A DNA stretch of 63,153 bases, taken from NCBI GenBank assembly GCA_023442635.1, contig JAEZYR010000145.1:1-63153 (forward strand), written 5' to 3'. The notes beneath the pieces were generated by a model. It did no database searches, had not been told where the DNA came from, and saw only the letters and a list, made by a program, of their open reading frames with translations. Origin of the DNA: Bacillota bacterium. GTDB taxonomy: Bacteria > Bacillota > Clostridia > Saccharofermentanales > Fastidiosipilaceae. Positions within the stretch are counted from its first letter, which is position 1; each line of letters begins with the position of its first letter. This document shows positions 29,847 to 39,531 of the stretch, one piece after another. The position numbers were made by a program, and so were the translations under genes.

Positions 29847-30017
29847 GCGCTGCCGACCTTCATTGTGGCCTTCAAAGAGGACAATCCTCAAGAGCTCATA
29901 GAAGCATGGTGGGGGTAAAAAGCTAAAAAGCGTGATGGGGATAAACACTAAGTTCTTGGCTCTCAGACCCTAACTCTAGGTTCTTAAGCCTCAGCCCTTA
30001 GACCTAAGAACTCGGAT

Positions 30018-30605
30018 CTACGCCTTCGGATTTTGGCGCATCAGCAGGCCATTGAGAACCTGGTTAACGCCCGAAAGGATCAAGGCCAGACCCATGGCCA
30101 GGTCTAGCTGACTCCGCAAGAAAAGTGAGGACAAGAGCAGCAACAAGGCTAGGCTGCTATTGCAGATGCCCACAAGCAAACGCAACATGGCCGTGAAATG
30201 ACGAAAGCCACGACTCGCCCGCCGAATATTGATATACAGGCTATAGAGGGCGTCTACAATCAAGAACAAAGCGATGAGGCGGATCATCCATTGATGGAGT
30301 TGGCCAGCCGACAAACTGTAGCGCCAAACCACAAACAAAATGACCAGACCCGTACCGATAAAGGCGACGCCAGCCAAACGCGGCAGGTAGCCATGCCCGT
30401 GCATCTGAGGATTGTGAGGGTCGGTCAAAGCGCAAAGTGTGATGCCGCGAAGCAGAGCCGCAATGGCCAGGGCAAAAGTCAGCAGATTGAGCGTGCTGTG
30501 GAGGTCATAGAGACTGAACAGGCCGATCAGAACCAGCCCAAAACCAAGGCCAATATGGATGGCTCGGAATTTAGCGATGTGAGCTTGAAGCCGAGAAAGT
30601 CCCAT
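30018..30605 (-). CDS. Six-TM membrane protein (DUF308/HdeD-like)
   Basis: I chose the ATG at 30605 because AAAGGAG lies 4 nt upstream; the track ORF extends to 30713. The product has repeated hydrophobic helix pairs, e.g. HIGLGFGLVLIGLFSLY. Confidence 0.55.
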   Translation of the reverse strand: MGLSRLQAHIAKFRAIHIGLGFGLVLIGLFSLYDLHSTLNLLTFALAIAALLRGITLCALTDPHNPQMHGHGYLPRLAGVAFIGTGLVILFVVWRYSLSAGQLHQWMIRLIALFLIVDALYSLYINIRRASRGFRHFTAMLRLLVGICNSSLALLLLLSSLFLRSQLDLAMGLALILSGVNQVLNGLLMRQNPKA

Positions 30606-30950
30606 GCGTCTCCTTTGGTCTCGAATGCTGATGTGATGGTAGTGGTGGCCTGAAGCGACAGTAGCAAGTGCCCGATGCAACAGTATTAACCGCCGCCATT
30701 TTAGCACGCCCAAAAGTCCTGATAGAAGGCGTTTGGGGCAGCTCGTGTCGAGTGGTGAGTTGGGTTGTGTAGAGCCCCTGAGAACGCATGTGAGACCTTT
30801 TGGCTTCGCCGCCCAAATGACCGAGCCTCGAATCCTATATGTTCAACGGAGTCACACCCTCCCTGCTATACTAGCGAACAATATGTGTGAGGCGATACCC
30901 CATCGCCTGTGAATGGCCTTTGGATTGACGGATCAGCAAGGAGGAAGACA

Positions 30951-32825
30951 ATGAGAGAAGATTGGGCACACGAAGTTAACGATGCATTTTGGATGGCCGA
31001 TAAGAACGAGGCGCAAACAGCCCAGAAGGTGTTGGAGCGCTCCGAAGTACCCGAAGAACAGCGCTGGGATCTGAGCCCCCTTTTCGCCGACAAGCAAGCC
31101 TGGGATGCCTCCTATGAGGATCTCGAGCAGAAGATTGCCCAGTTTAAGCAATATGAGGGCACGCTTAACGATGGCGTTGAGGCCTTCACCAAGGCCTTGC
31201 TAGCCCATGAGGAGATGGAGCGCCAACTGGCCAACCTCTATGTTTACGCCATGCAAAAGCGTGATGAAGACGGCCAGAATCAAGAGAATGTCGCGATGAT
31301 GATGCGTGTGGGCAGCTTGATTGCGAAGTTTAGCGAAGCGACGAGCTGGTTTGATCCCGCCTTCCTCGAAGTGGACGAACAGATTTTGCAAGCAGCCCTC
31401 AAGACCGAGGAACTCCAGAACTACGGCCAGCATTTCCACAAGTTGCTGCGCAAAAAGGCGCACACGCTGTCGCCAGCCGAAGAGCGCTTGATTGGGGCGG
31501 CCAGTCAGCTGCTGTCAGGCTCGCAGGAGACCTATGCCACCTTGACCAATGTCGATTTTCGTTACCCCACCATCAAGGGCGAAAAGGGCGAAGAGGTGGA
31601 GCTCACCCCATCGCGCTATGGCTTGTACTTGGAGAGCCCAAATAGAGAGCTCCGCAAGGCTGCTTTTCAGGGTCTCTATAGCGTGTATAAGCAGTTTCAA
31701 CACACGACGGCCATGACCCTTAGCCAGAGTGTCATGCACGACAACCTCCTGGCACGCTTGCGCAAATTTGATTCCGCACGGGCGGCTTCGCTTTTTAACA
31801 ACGCTATTCCCGAGTCCGTTCACGAGCAGCTCATTGAGGCCGTCAACAAGCAGCTCCACCACTTGCACGACTATGTGGAGCTACGCAAAGAACGCCTAGG
31901 CGTCGACGAGCTGCACTTCTACGACCTATATGTGCCACTGGTTGAGACCGTGGATCGCCGCTACACGCTCGAGGAGGCCAAGGAACTGATCTTTAAGGCC
32001 TTAGCGCCCTTGGGCGAAGATTATCGCAAGGGCTTGGAGCTGGCCTTTAGTCAGCGCTGGATTGATGCTGTACCCAATCGTGGCAAGCGTCAGGGTGCCT
32101 ATTCAGCAGGCAGCTATGACAGCTACCCCTATATTCTGATGTCCTGGGAAGGCACCCTTGATAATGTCTTTACCCTGATTCACGAGTTGGGACACAGCAT
32201 GCACAGCTGGTACACCCGTCGCGAGCAGCCTTTCGTCTATGGTTCTTATTCGATTTTCTTGGCCGAAATTGCCTCCACCACGAACGAGAATCTGCTGACG
32301 GCCTACTTGCTCGAAACCGAAAAAGACCCAGCGATGCAGGCCTATGTCCTCAACCACTACTTGGACGGCGTGAAGGGCACGGTCTTCCGCCAAACACAGT
32401 TTGCTGAATTCGAGCACAAGATCCACCTGGCCGAACAAAATGGCGAGGCCTTGACCAGCGAGTGGCTGGGTCAGTGCTATGGCGAAATTCACCAGCGCTA
32501 TTACGGCTCAGGCCTGACCTTTGACTCAGAAATTAGTCTGGAGTGGAGCCGTATTCCGCACTTCTATCGCGCCTACTATGTCTATCAGTATGCTACGGGC
32601 TTCTCGGCTGCAACCGCCTTTAGTCAGCGCATTCTCTCTGGCGAGGCTTCGGAGCTAGAGGCCTACTTGGGCTTCCTCAAAGCTGGCTGCTCTGCCGAGC
32701 CGCTGGATGTGCTCAAAGCTGCTGGCCTTGATATGGCGAGCCCAGCTCCTGTTGAGGCGACATTACAAGTCTTCGGCACTTACCTCGAGCGCTTTCGCCA
32801 AGTCCTGCAGGACCTGAGCAAGTAA
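30951..32825 (+). CDS. pepF: Oligoendopeptidase F (M3B)
   Basis: Zinc motif LIHELGHSMHS and the N-terminal EEQRWDLSPLF pattern. The ATG at 30951 has the RBS AAGGAGGAAGACA. The track start at 30909 is an upstream GTG. Confidence 0.92.
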   Translation: MREDWAHEVNDAFWMADKNEAQTAQKVLERSEVPEEQRWDLSPLFADKQAWDASYEDLEQKIAQFKQYEGTLNDGVEAFTKALLAHEEMERQLANLYVYAMQKRDEDGQNQENVAMMMRVGSLIAKFSEATSWFDPAFLEVDEQILQAALKTEELQNYGQHFHKLLRKKAHTLSPAEERLIGAASQLLSGSQETYATLTNVDFRYPTIKGEKGEEVELTPSRYGLYLESPNRELRKAAFQGLYSVYKQFQHTTAMTLSQSVMHDNLLARLRKFDSARAASLFNNAIPESVHEQLIEAVNKQLHHLHDYVELRKERLGVDELHFYDLYVPLVETVDRRYTLEEAKELIFKALAPLGEDYRKGLELAFSQRWIDAVPNRGKRQGAYSAGSYDSYPYILMSWEGTLDNVFTLIHELGHSMHSWYTRREQPFVYGSYSIFLAEIASTTNENLLTAYLLETEKDPAMQAYVLNHYLDGVKGTVFRQTQFAEFEHKIHLAEQNGEALTSEWLGQCYGEIHQRYYGSGLTFDSEISLEWSRIPHFYRAYYVYQYATGFSAATAFSQRILSGEASELEAYLGFLKAGCSAEPLDVLKAAGLDMASPAPVEATLQVFGTYLERFRQVLQDLSK

Positions 32826-32888
32826 GGCGCGAGGCTCTACCTCGCAGGCTTCACAACAAATGCCTTGCCATAAGGAGTAAGAAGAACG

Positions 32889-33704
32889 ATGACGGATCCG
32901 AAGTTATCGCTAGCACCAAAGCAAAAGGGGGCAGGCTACAGCTGCCTCCTTTTTGATGCCGACGATACGATCTTTGATTTCCAAAGCGCCGAAAAAGAAG
33001 CTTTGGAGCAGGTGCTCAAAGCCTACAAGCTACCCCGAACAGACGAAGTCAAGGCTTATTACCGAGCGGCCAACCATGAGCTATGGAGGGCGCTAGAGGA
33101 GGGGAAAATCAAGCGGGCGGAAGTTCTAGAACAGCGCTTTGCCAAAGTCTTGGCGTACATCGAACAACAGGTGGAGCAACACGCGGCCTGGGGGATCTCG
33201 AAGGACGAGCTTCAATCGCTAGAGCCTGCCGAGCTCAATCGCCAATACCTTGCCTTCTTGGCGGAGGCTGACCAATTGCTCCCTGGGGCAGGGGAGCTTT
33301 TGCCGCGTCTCAAGCAGGCTGGCTACCAGCTTTTTCTGCTGACCAATGGTGTTGCTCATGTGCAGAGGCGGCGCCTAGAAAAAAGCGGCCTGGCCTCCTA
33401 TTTTGAGAGCGTCTACATCTCAGAAGAAGTCGGCTATGAGAAGCCCGACCCAGCCTTTTTCGCCCCTGTCATGCAGCAAACCGCGGAGCTAGACCCAGCT
33501 TGTCGCCTGATGATAGGCGATAGCTTGACCTCGGATATGCAGGGAGCCGAAAAGATAGGCATCGATCGCTTGTGGTTCAATGTCAGGAAAAAGGCACGAC
33601 CGCAGACCCTTGTTTTGCAGGGCGAAGTCCACGACTGGGAAGGCTTGTGGGCTTATCTTGAACGCAAGGGTGCTTATGCTCTACCCTGCTTAGAGCAAAG
33701 TTAA
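32889..33704 (+). CDS. HAD-superfamily hydrolase, YjjG-like nucleotidase
   Basis: Motif I LLFDADDTIFDF, motif II LLTNG, and motif III/IV EKPDPAFF...MIGDSLTSD. Confidence 0.85.
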   Translation: MTDPKLSLAPKQKGAGYSCLLFDADDTIFDFQSAEKEALEQVLKAYKLPRTDEVKAYYRAANHELWRALEEGKIKRAEVLEQRFAKVLAYIEQQVEQHAAWGISKDELQSLEPAELNRQYLAFLAEADQLLPGAGELLPRLKQAGYQLFLLTNGVAHVQRRRLEKSGLASYFESVYISEEVGYEKPDPAFFAPVMQQTAELDPACRLMIGDSLTSDMQGAEKIGIDRLWFNVRKKARPQTLVLQGEVHDWEGLWAYLERKGAYALPCLEQS

Positions 33705-33755
33705 GCAGCACGTAACACGAAGCAGCACCTAGGGGAGAAAGAGAAAGGGGCGTCT

Positions 33756-35291
33756 ATGCAGCTAGACCAAGCTAAGGAGAAGGGTCAGCGCTACAGCTGG
33801 AAGCGCTTGCTTGCGCCCCAGCGCCTACGCGCCAGCCACACGTCTCATGAAGTAGGGGATCGGCGCAATGCTTTTCAACAGGATCAGCACCGCATTTTGC
33901 TGTCTGCCTCTTTTCGGCGCTTGCAGGATAAAACGCAGGTTTTTCCCCTGGAGCGCAGCGACTTTGTGCGCACGCGCCTGACTCACAGTCTAGAGGTAGC
34001 CAGCTTGGCCCGTTCCTTGGGTCACATGGCTGGGCACCTTCTTTGTGAGCGCGGCTTAGCCCCTGAACTCGAATTTGCCGATGTGCAGGCCATGGGCGAT
34101 TTGCTCTACTGTGCAGGCCTCGTCCATGACATCGGCAACCCACCCTTTGGCCACTACGGCGAGACGAGCATTCGGGAGGCCTTTCGGGATCACATGCAGC
34201 GCTTGCAATATCGGCAGCGCCCGTTGACGGCTTGGTTGAGTTCGGCTCAGCAGGCGGACTTTCTCCACTTCGAAGGCAATGCTGAAGCCCTCCGCGTCCT
34301 GAGCAAGCTGCACTTTGTCGTAGATGAGCACGGCATGAACCTGACCTTGCCCCTCTTGGCCAGCCTGATCAAGTATCCTGTGCCCTCTTCTAGAGTTGAT
34401 CCTGAGCACCCAGCGGTGATGTACCACAAGGCTGGCTGGTTTCAGGCGGAAGAGGATCTGGTCGCTCGCATCCACGAAGCAACAGGGCTCGGTTTGGGTC
34501 AAAGACACCCCCTGACTTGGCTGCTTGAGGCCGCCGACGACATTTCGTATGGCACAGCTGACATTGAGGATGGCTACAAAAAGAACTTCTTCAGCTATGA
34601 GGACTTGCTGCAAGACCTCGCTGAGTTTGAGCCAAAGTGGTCGCACGACGGCCTGGCGCTGAGTGCCCCCTCCATACTGGCCAGCAAGCAGGCGGCGCGC
34701 TATGCCGAGGAATTGGCTCAGCTCAAAAATATTTGGCAAAAGGCGCAGGATCTGAAGCAAACAGAGGCGGTGGGCGCTTTTGTGACCCCTGGTCTTTATG
34801 CCATCCAGAACTGGCTCATAGCCTTGCAGTCCCGCCTGATCCGCGAAGTGGCCGAACTTTTTGTGCAGCAGGAAGGGGCGATCATGACAGGGGAGTGGGC
34901 GACCCCACTTTTGGCACAATGTCCGTCGGGGGCCGTGTTGGAGGCGCTGTCGCAAATTGCAGCCAAGCGCATTTTCCGCTCGCGCCCGATTGTGCAGATT
35001 GAGATTTCGGCCCATACCGTTATATCGGGAATTCTGGAGCAGCTCCTGCCAGCGGCTGTGACCTGGGAAGAAGAGGCGCCGAGTTCCTTGGAGCCGCGAT
35101 TGATGTCGCTTGTGTCCGAAAACTTCAGGGCACAATACCGTTATGCAGCACGGGGCCAGGATGAGGCTCAAAGACTCTATCTTCGGCTTTTGCTAGTGAC
35201 GGACTATGTGAGCGGTATGACCGATAGTTATGCGTTCTCACTCTTCCAGCAGCTCAAGGGCATCCGCAGTCCTAAGCTTTTTTCGAATTGA
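33756..35291 (+). CDS. dgt: dGTP triphosphohydrolase-like HD-domain protein
   Basis: Segments FRRLQDKTQVFPL, RLTHSLEVASLAR and the HD motif VHDIGNPPFGH, plus the C-terminal VTDYVSGMTDSYA. Confidence 0.9.
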   Translation: MQLDQAKEKGQRYSWKRLLAPQRLRASHTSHEVGDRRNAFQQDQHRILLSASFRRLQDKTQVFPLERSDFVRTRLTHSLEVASLARSLGHMAGHLLCERGLAPELEFADVQAMGDLLYCAGLVHDIGNPPFGHYGETSIREAFRDHMQRLQYRQRPLTAWLSSAQQADFLHFEGNAEALRVLSKLHFVVDEHGMNLTLPLLASLIKYPVPSSRVDPEHPAVMYHKAGWFQAEEDLVARIHEATGLGLGQRHPLTWLLEAADDISYGTADIEDGYKKNFFSYEDLLQDLAEFEPKWSHDGLALSAPSILASKQAARYAEELAQLKNIWQKAQDLKQTEAVGAFVTPGLYAIQNWLIALQSRLIREVAELFVQQEGAIMTGEWATPLLAQCPSGAVLEALSQIAAKRIFRSRPIVQIEISAHTVISGILEQLLPAAVTWEEEAPSSLEPRLMSLVSENFRAQYRYAARGQDEAQRLYLRLLLVTDYVSGMTDSYAFSLFQQLKGIRSPKLFSN

Positions 35292-35424
35292 GTTTTGAGC
35301 AGAGCGCTTTGGCTGTCTGCCTACGCCAAGTTAGTCAGGGCGAAAGGAAGCGAGAAAGCGTGCCTTGCCAGACACCAAAAGAAGCGCGTGAGCAGCGATC
35401 AAACAACCGCGTTGCCAGATGGCA

Positions 35425-35470
35425 AACAACCGCGTAGACAAAGATTCAACAACCGCGTAGACAAAGATTC
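35425..35470 (+). repeat. Perfect 23-bp tandem direct repeat x2 (AACAACCGCGTAGACAAAGATTC), with partial copies on either side
   Basis: Copy 1 is 35425-35447 and copy 2 is 35448-35470. A partial copy AACAACCGCGT lies at ~35402 and AACAACGC follows at 35471. The repeat sits immediately upstream of the tRNA promoter. Confidence 0.9.
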
Positions 35471-35486
35471 AACAACGCTGAATATA

Positions 35487-35515
35487 TTGACAGTAGCGGG
35501 TCTTCTCGGTAAACT
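35487..35515 (+). promoter_or_regulatory. Sigma-70 promoter of tRNA-Thr
   Basis: TTGACA (35487-35492), a 17-nt spacer, then TAAACT (35510-35515). The mature tRNA 5' end lies 14 nt downstream. Confidence 0.6.
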
Positions 35516-35528
35516 ATGCTCCGCATGT

Positions 35529-35604
35529 GCCTTCATAGCTCAGTCGGCAGAGCGCATCCATGGTAAGGATGAGGTCGTGGGTTCGATTCCCACTGAAGGC
35601 TCCA
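35529..35604 (+). tRNA. tRNA-Thr (anticodon GGT), CCA encoded
   Basis: Manual cloverleaf. Acceptor stem GCCTTCA/TGAAGGC, D arm GCTC-AGTCGGCA-GAGC, anticodon arm CATCC-ATGGTAA-GGATG, T arm GTGGG-TTCGATT-CCCAC, discriminator T plus CCA. Confidence 0.92.
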
Positions 35605-35610
35605 GACGAA

Positions 35611-35639
35611 GCCCCGCAACTTGTTTGTGGGGCTTTTTT
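35611..35639 (+). terminator. Rho-independent terminator after tRNA-Thr
   Basis: GCCCCGCAACTTGTTTGTGGGGCTTTTTTC, a stem that includes one G-U pair, followed by a T6 tail. Confidence 0.8.
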
Positions 35640-35814
35640 CTTGTCCTTTACCCTTCGCTTCTGCAAGTGAGCGCTTCGGGTCTTTGCTCTACTTAGGCTT
35701 CGTTAGACGAGCCTTTTTGCGCGCTGACGTTGTGCTTAGGGTAGGTTCCGATAGATGGCAGACTGAAGCTTTTTCTAGTAAGCTGACAAAGCAAAAATAA
35801 AAGGGGGAGATGAG

Positions 35815-37260
35815 ATGAAAAAGCGCCTAGACCACGATGGAAGAAGGCCTCCTCTTTCCCCAGGGCAAGCCAGCACAAGACCTAGCCGCGACTTGCCGAG
35901 TCAGCGAGCTGCCAGGCCAGATTGGGGTTCGGCTGCCTTGCCACCTAGCCAGGTCAGGCCGAGACCGACAGAGGGCACGGCAGAACGAAGGCGGCCTAGC
36001 GCCCCGCAACGACCGATGACCCAGGGTGGGGCTTATGCCCATGACCGAGCCAGTGCCACAGTCTTTCGTCCTGCCCCCACTCGGGCGCCTGGCTCCTACC
36101 AGCCCCAGGCCAGGGGCGAGGCTTTTTTGCCGCCAGGGGCTGGCCACAGGCCACCTAGGCTACAACAGCCTCCGCGCCGAACTAAGCGAGGCCGAGGCCT
36201 GAAAGTAGGCCTGCTTTGTCTGCTGCTGATAGGCCTAGGCATAGGGCTATGGCCCATGGCCACTAGGCTCAAGACAGCCTTTCAGCCGAAAACGGAAGCG
36301 TGGCCAGCCCAGATAGAACTCGCCTTTCAAGCCCCTCGCTTTAACCCGGCTCACCATGTGCTGGATCGCTTGCCAGCCAGGAGTTTTCAGCGCCGTTTGC
36401 TCCAAGCCTTTGATGAGGCTGAGGCCAAAGAAGGTTTTGACGCGAAGGCGATCAGTATCTATGACTTGGATACATCTGAAGAACGCGTGATTTTTGGGCA
36501 AGCAAGGGCTGTCACCCCAGCCAGCATTACCAAGCTATTTACGATAGAGGCCGCCCGCCGACTTTTGCCCATAGATGCGACGGTCAGGGTGGATCAGGCA
36601 ACGCTCGACCTCATCAAGCCAGATAGCTCTTTAGCTGGCTATAGGCCAGGTCTTTACACCATTCAGCAGCTCATAGAGGGCATGATGCTGCCCTCAGGCA
36701 ATGATGCGGCTTACGCTTTGGCCGTTGCGGCTGGTCGTCAGCTTTTGTATCAAGAGCAAGGGCAGGAGGGCCTTTTGAACCAGACTGAGGCGGACGCCTT
36801 GCCCCCAGCCAAAGAAGCGATGGCGCGTTTTATGAGCTACCTAGCTGAGACTTTGCAGCAGATGGGATGTCGAGACAGCCATATTAGTGATGCGAGTGGC
36901 TATGCGGATGAAGACCAAACGAGCAGCCATGATATTGCGATGGCAGCTCAGCGGCTACTTCAAGAGGCGTGGTTTCGAGAAATTGTCAAAAGCGCGGAAT
37001 TGTCGATTGAGACCCCAGAAGGCAATCATCTGACATTGCGCAATAGCAATCAGCTCATTCAGCCAGCCAGCCCTTTTTATGAGGCTAGGGTCTATGGGGT
37101 CAAGACGGGCACGCTCGATCATTGGGCCAACTTATGTTTTGCTATCGAGGTCGAAGGGCGCCACTTTCTGGTAGGCATTTATGGCTGTGAAAATAACCAG
37201 CAGCGCTACGAAGGGGCCAAGCGACTCATCCAAATCTTAGATAGCGTTTTGAGCTCCTGA
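35815..37260 (+). CDS. D-alanyl-D-alanine carboxypeptidase (S11, PBP5-like) with a Pro/Arg-rich cytoplasmic N-terminus and TM anchor
   Basis: SxxK motif ASITKLFT, SxN motif PSGNDAA and KTG motif VKTGT. The TM helix is VGLLCLLLIGLGIGLWPM. RBS GGGGGAGATGAG precedes the ATG. Confidence 0.88.
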   Translation: MKKRLDHDGRRPPLSPGQASTRPSRDLPSQRAARPDWGSAALPPSQVRPRPTEGTAERRRPSAPQRPMTQGGAYAHDRASATVFRPAPTRAPGSYQPQARGEAFLPPGAGHRPPRLQQPPRRTKRGRGLKVGLLCLLLIGLGIGLWPMATRLKTAFQPKTEAWPAQIELAFQAPRFNPAHHVLDRLPARSFQRRLLQAFDEAEAKEGFDAKAISIYDLDTSEERVIFGQARAVTPASITKLFTIEAARRLLPIDATVRVDQATLDLIKPDSSLAGYRPGLYTIQQLIEGMMLPSGNDAAYALAVAAGRQLLYQEQGQEGLLNQTEADALPPAKEAMARFMSYLAETLQQMGCRDSHISDASGYADEDQTSSHDIAMAAQRLLQEAWFREIVKSAELSIETPEGNHLTLRNSNQLIQPASPFYEARVYGVKTGTLDHWANLCFAIEVEGRHFLVGIYGCENNQQRYEGAKRLIQILDSVLSS

Positions 37261-37386
37261 GGCCTGTATTTGGAGGCGCGTGTCAATTGAGCTAAAATGG
37301 CAAACAAAGTAAGTCTGTCGCTTGGGCTTTGGTCATAAGCTGTGTCTTGTTTTTGAGCGACAGATAGAGAACAAAGGGAGGCAAAC

Positions 37387-38727
37387 ATGCCCAAAATTGT
37401 CGTTGTAGGCGTCAATCATGCAGGAACAGCTGCTGTAAACACCATCCGCCAGAACTACCCTGATTCGGAAGTCGTTGTCTTTGACCGTAATTCGAACTGT
37501 TCTTTCTTGGGCTGCGGTATGGCTCTTTGGATTGGCCATCAGATTGCAGGCTCAGAGGGCTTGTTCTATAGCAGCCCTGAGAAGATCCGCGAGGGCGGTT
37601 CGACGCTTTACATGAACAGCGAAGTTGTCGCCGTCGATCGTGAGCGCCATGTGGTCAAGGCAAGACTCGAAGATGGCCAGGAGCACGAGGAAAGCTACGA
37701 CAAGCTCATTTTGGCAACAGGTTCGACCCCGATTGATCCGCCAGGTCTAGAGGGTCTCGATCTCGAAGGCGTCCACCATGTCAAACTCTTCCAGGATGCA
37801 CAGTCGGTTATCGACCACCTGAAGACGGATCCTATTCAGCACGTGACGGTTGTGGGTGCTGGTTATATCGGCGTCGAATTGGCGGAGGCCTTCCGCCGCC
37901 ACAACAAGGCTGTCACACTCATTGATGCAGCCGAAACCTGCCTGGCCAACTACTACGACAAGCCCTTTACGGATCTGATGGCTCATAACTTGGAGAGCCA
38001 CGGCATTGAGCTCCGCTTTGGCGAAAAGATTGTCGCGCTCGAGGGCACAGACGGCCAGCTCAAAAAGGTCGTTACCGACAAGGGCAGCTACGAGACCGAC
38101 ATGGCCATTCTCTGCATTGGCTTTGCACCCAACACCGCCCTCCTCAAAGATGAGCTGGAGACATTCCGCAATGGCGCCTACCTCGTCAACACCAAGCAGC
38201 AGACCAGCGATCCCGATATTTATGCGATTGGTGACTGCGCAACCGTGCTTGACAACGCCATCGGCGAGCCCAATTACATTGCACTGGCGACGAACGCTGT
38301 GCGCTCGGGTATTGTGGCCGCTCACAATGTCTGCGGTACGGGGCTTGAGTCCATCGGCGTGCAGGGCAGCAACGGTATCTGCATTTACGAGCTCAAGATG
38401 GTGTCGACGGGGTTGAGCTATGAGCGAGCCCAGAAACTCAATATTCCAGTTGCCTATACGGATTTCTGCGACCTCCAAAAGCCAGCCTTTATTGAGTCGG
38501 TCAATCCCGAAGTCAAAATCCGCATTGTCTATCGCACAGACAACCGCCAGGTCATCGGCGCTCAGATGGCCAGCGAGTACGATATGTCAATGGGTATCCA
38601 CTTCTTCTCTCTGGCCATTCAGGAGAAAGTCACGATTGACAAGTTGGCCTTGACGGATATTTTCTTCCTGCCACATTTCAATCAGCCCTACAACTACATC
38701 ACCATGGCGGCGCTCTCAGCTAAATAA
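37387..38727 (+). CDS. nox: H2O-forming NADH oxidase (pyridine nucleotide-disulfide oxidoreductase, Cys-sulfenic type)
   Basis: FAD fold [13 protein letters not shown], redox cysteine in [15 protein letters not shown] fold [16 protein letters not shown], and [18 protein letters not shown]. Confidence 0.88.
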   Translation: MPKIVVVGVNHAGTAAVNTIRQNYPDSEVVVFDRNSNCSFLGCGMALWIGHQIAGSEGLFYSSPEKIREGGSTLYMNSEVVAVDRERHVVKARLEDGQEHEESYDKLILATGSTPIDPPGLEGLDLEGVHHVKLFQDAQSVIDHLKTDPIQHVTVVGAGYIGVELAEAFRRHNKAVTLIDAAETCLANYYDKPFTDLMAHNLESHGIELRFGEKIVALEGTDGQLKKVVTDKGSYETDMAILCIGFAPNTALLKDELETFRNGAYLVNTKQQTSDPDIYAIGDCATVLDNAIGEPNYIALATNAVRSGIVAAHNVCGTGLESIGVQGSNGICIYELKMVSTGLSYERAQKLNIPVAYTDFCDLQKPAFIESVNPEVKIRIVYRTDNRQVIGAQMASEYDMSMGIHFFSLAIQEKVTIDKLALTDIFFLPHFNQPYNYITMAALSAK

Positions 38728-38873
38728 GAAAGCGCCAGAAGCAGTCTAAAACGGCCAGGAAGCTCAGGGCTTTCTGGCCGTTCGTCATGTCAGACAATGT
38801 GTAGGAACTTAGCGGGGCTTATCGCGGCTTGCAGGCATTTGCTGCGGCCGAGTGGGCTTGTTGTAGACTCAAC

Positions 38874-38903
38874 AAAGGGTCTCACCTGCTGGCGAGACCC
38901 TTT
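38874..38903. terminator. 10-bp hairpin usable as a terminator on both strands
   Basis: AAAGGGTCTC-acctgctggc-GAGACCCTTT. The tail is TTTCTCTATT on the plus strand and TTTGTTG on the minus strand. It lies 147 nt after the nox stop. Confidence 0.55.
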
Positions 38904-39531
38904 CTCTATTGATTCAATTGTGGAGAACTGCTGTTTGATGGGTGGAAGGCGCCTGCCTTCCTTTCGTTCTTTTCCTTTCGATTAGATCAGTCAGCTCTCG
39001 GCTCTGAGGCCTGTCTAGGTTAGCGGCTAGTTCTATCTGGAGTTGCATCTTAACGGAGGTGGCCAGACCCATATCTTGTGGGTGCTAGACCTGAGGGTTA
39101 AATCCTAGCGCTTCTGTCCTCACCGAAGAGGACGCTGCCTAAGACAGGCTCAGACGCGTTACCGTTTGTTTCTGCATCGCCCATTGGCATCCCCTCCTTT
39201 CGTGCCTCTGACGGCCATTCGTGTTGGGTTATGATCCCAGTTGGCTGGCCATCTAGCTACTGTGTGCACGTTTTGGCTTTGCTTGTATTATAGGCCTCTG
39301 GTCTTCTTTCTCTGTGGCATGCAGTCAGGCGGGACTTGACAAAAAGGCGTATGCTAGATGTGTTGGGCTCTTTGAAAGCCCTATTTCTGTTCCCTAGATT
39401 CCGCATCGAGGCTAGACTTTAGTGTTCCAAGCCAAGCCAGAATGGACTTTCTCAGCCTAAACTTGTCAAAAATCTTAGCCTGGTCTGCCGTATACTAGCA
39501 GTACGCATAAGCCTAGGAAGAAGGTCAGAAG

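Noticed and set aside
29948-30014. An imperfect ~27-nt direct repeat (CTAAGTTCTTGGCTCTCAGACCCTAA / CTCTAGGTTCTTAAGCCTCAGCCCTTAG) with a partial inverted copy (CCTAAGAACT), in the convergent spacer after the EamA gene.
   Set aside because: There are only two degenerate copies, with no spacer-repeat periodicity (so it is not CRISPR) and no terminal inverted repeats or target duplication (so no MITE signature). It probably reflects weak convergent terminator structure or slippage debris.
34056-35171. A 371-aa minus-strand ORF, plus similar long antisense ORFs at 46367-47296, 47903-48649, 48800-49537, 52343-53164, 56873-57409 and 58091-58909.
   Set aside because: All lie fully inside well-supported plus-strand genes (dgt, the adhesin, the SBPs). 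Their translations are low-complexity (R/L/G/A-rich) with no motifs or RBS. This is the typical stop-codon-poor antisense frame seen in GC-rich coding DNA.
35295-35696. A 133-aa plus-strand ORF spanning the tandem repeat, the tRNA-Thr and its terminator.
   Set aside because: It reads straight through a clear tRNA cloverleaf, a consensus promoter and a terminator. It is spurious.
38904-39292. The possibility that the structured spacer encodes RNase P RNA, tmRNA, SRP RNA or 6S RNA.
   Set aside because: I checked both strands by eye for the hallmark motifs and none is present. Those motifs were GAGGAAAGUCC and ACAGAA...GGCUUA (RNase P), the tRNA-like GGUUCGA...CCACCA 3' end and an ...ALAA tag ORF (tmRNA), and GGAA-tetraloop domain IV with GGAAGCAGCC (SRP). 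The GGAAGGC hairpin has a GCCU/AGGC loop, not GNRA. The region stays an unclassified candidate only.
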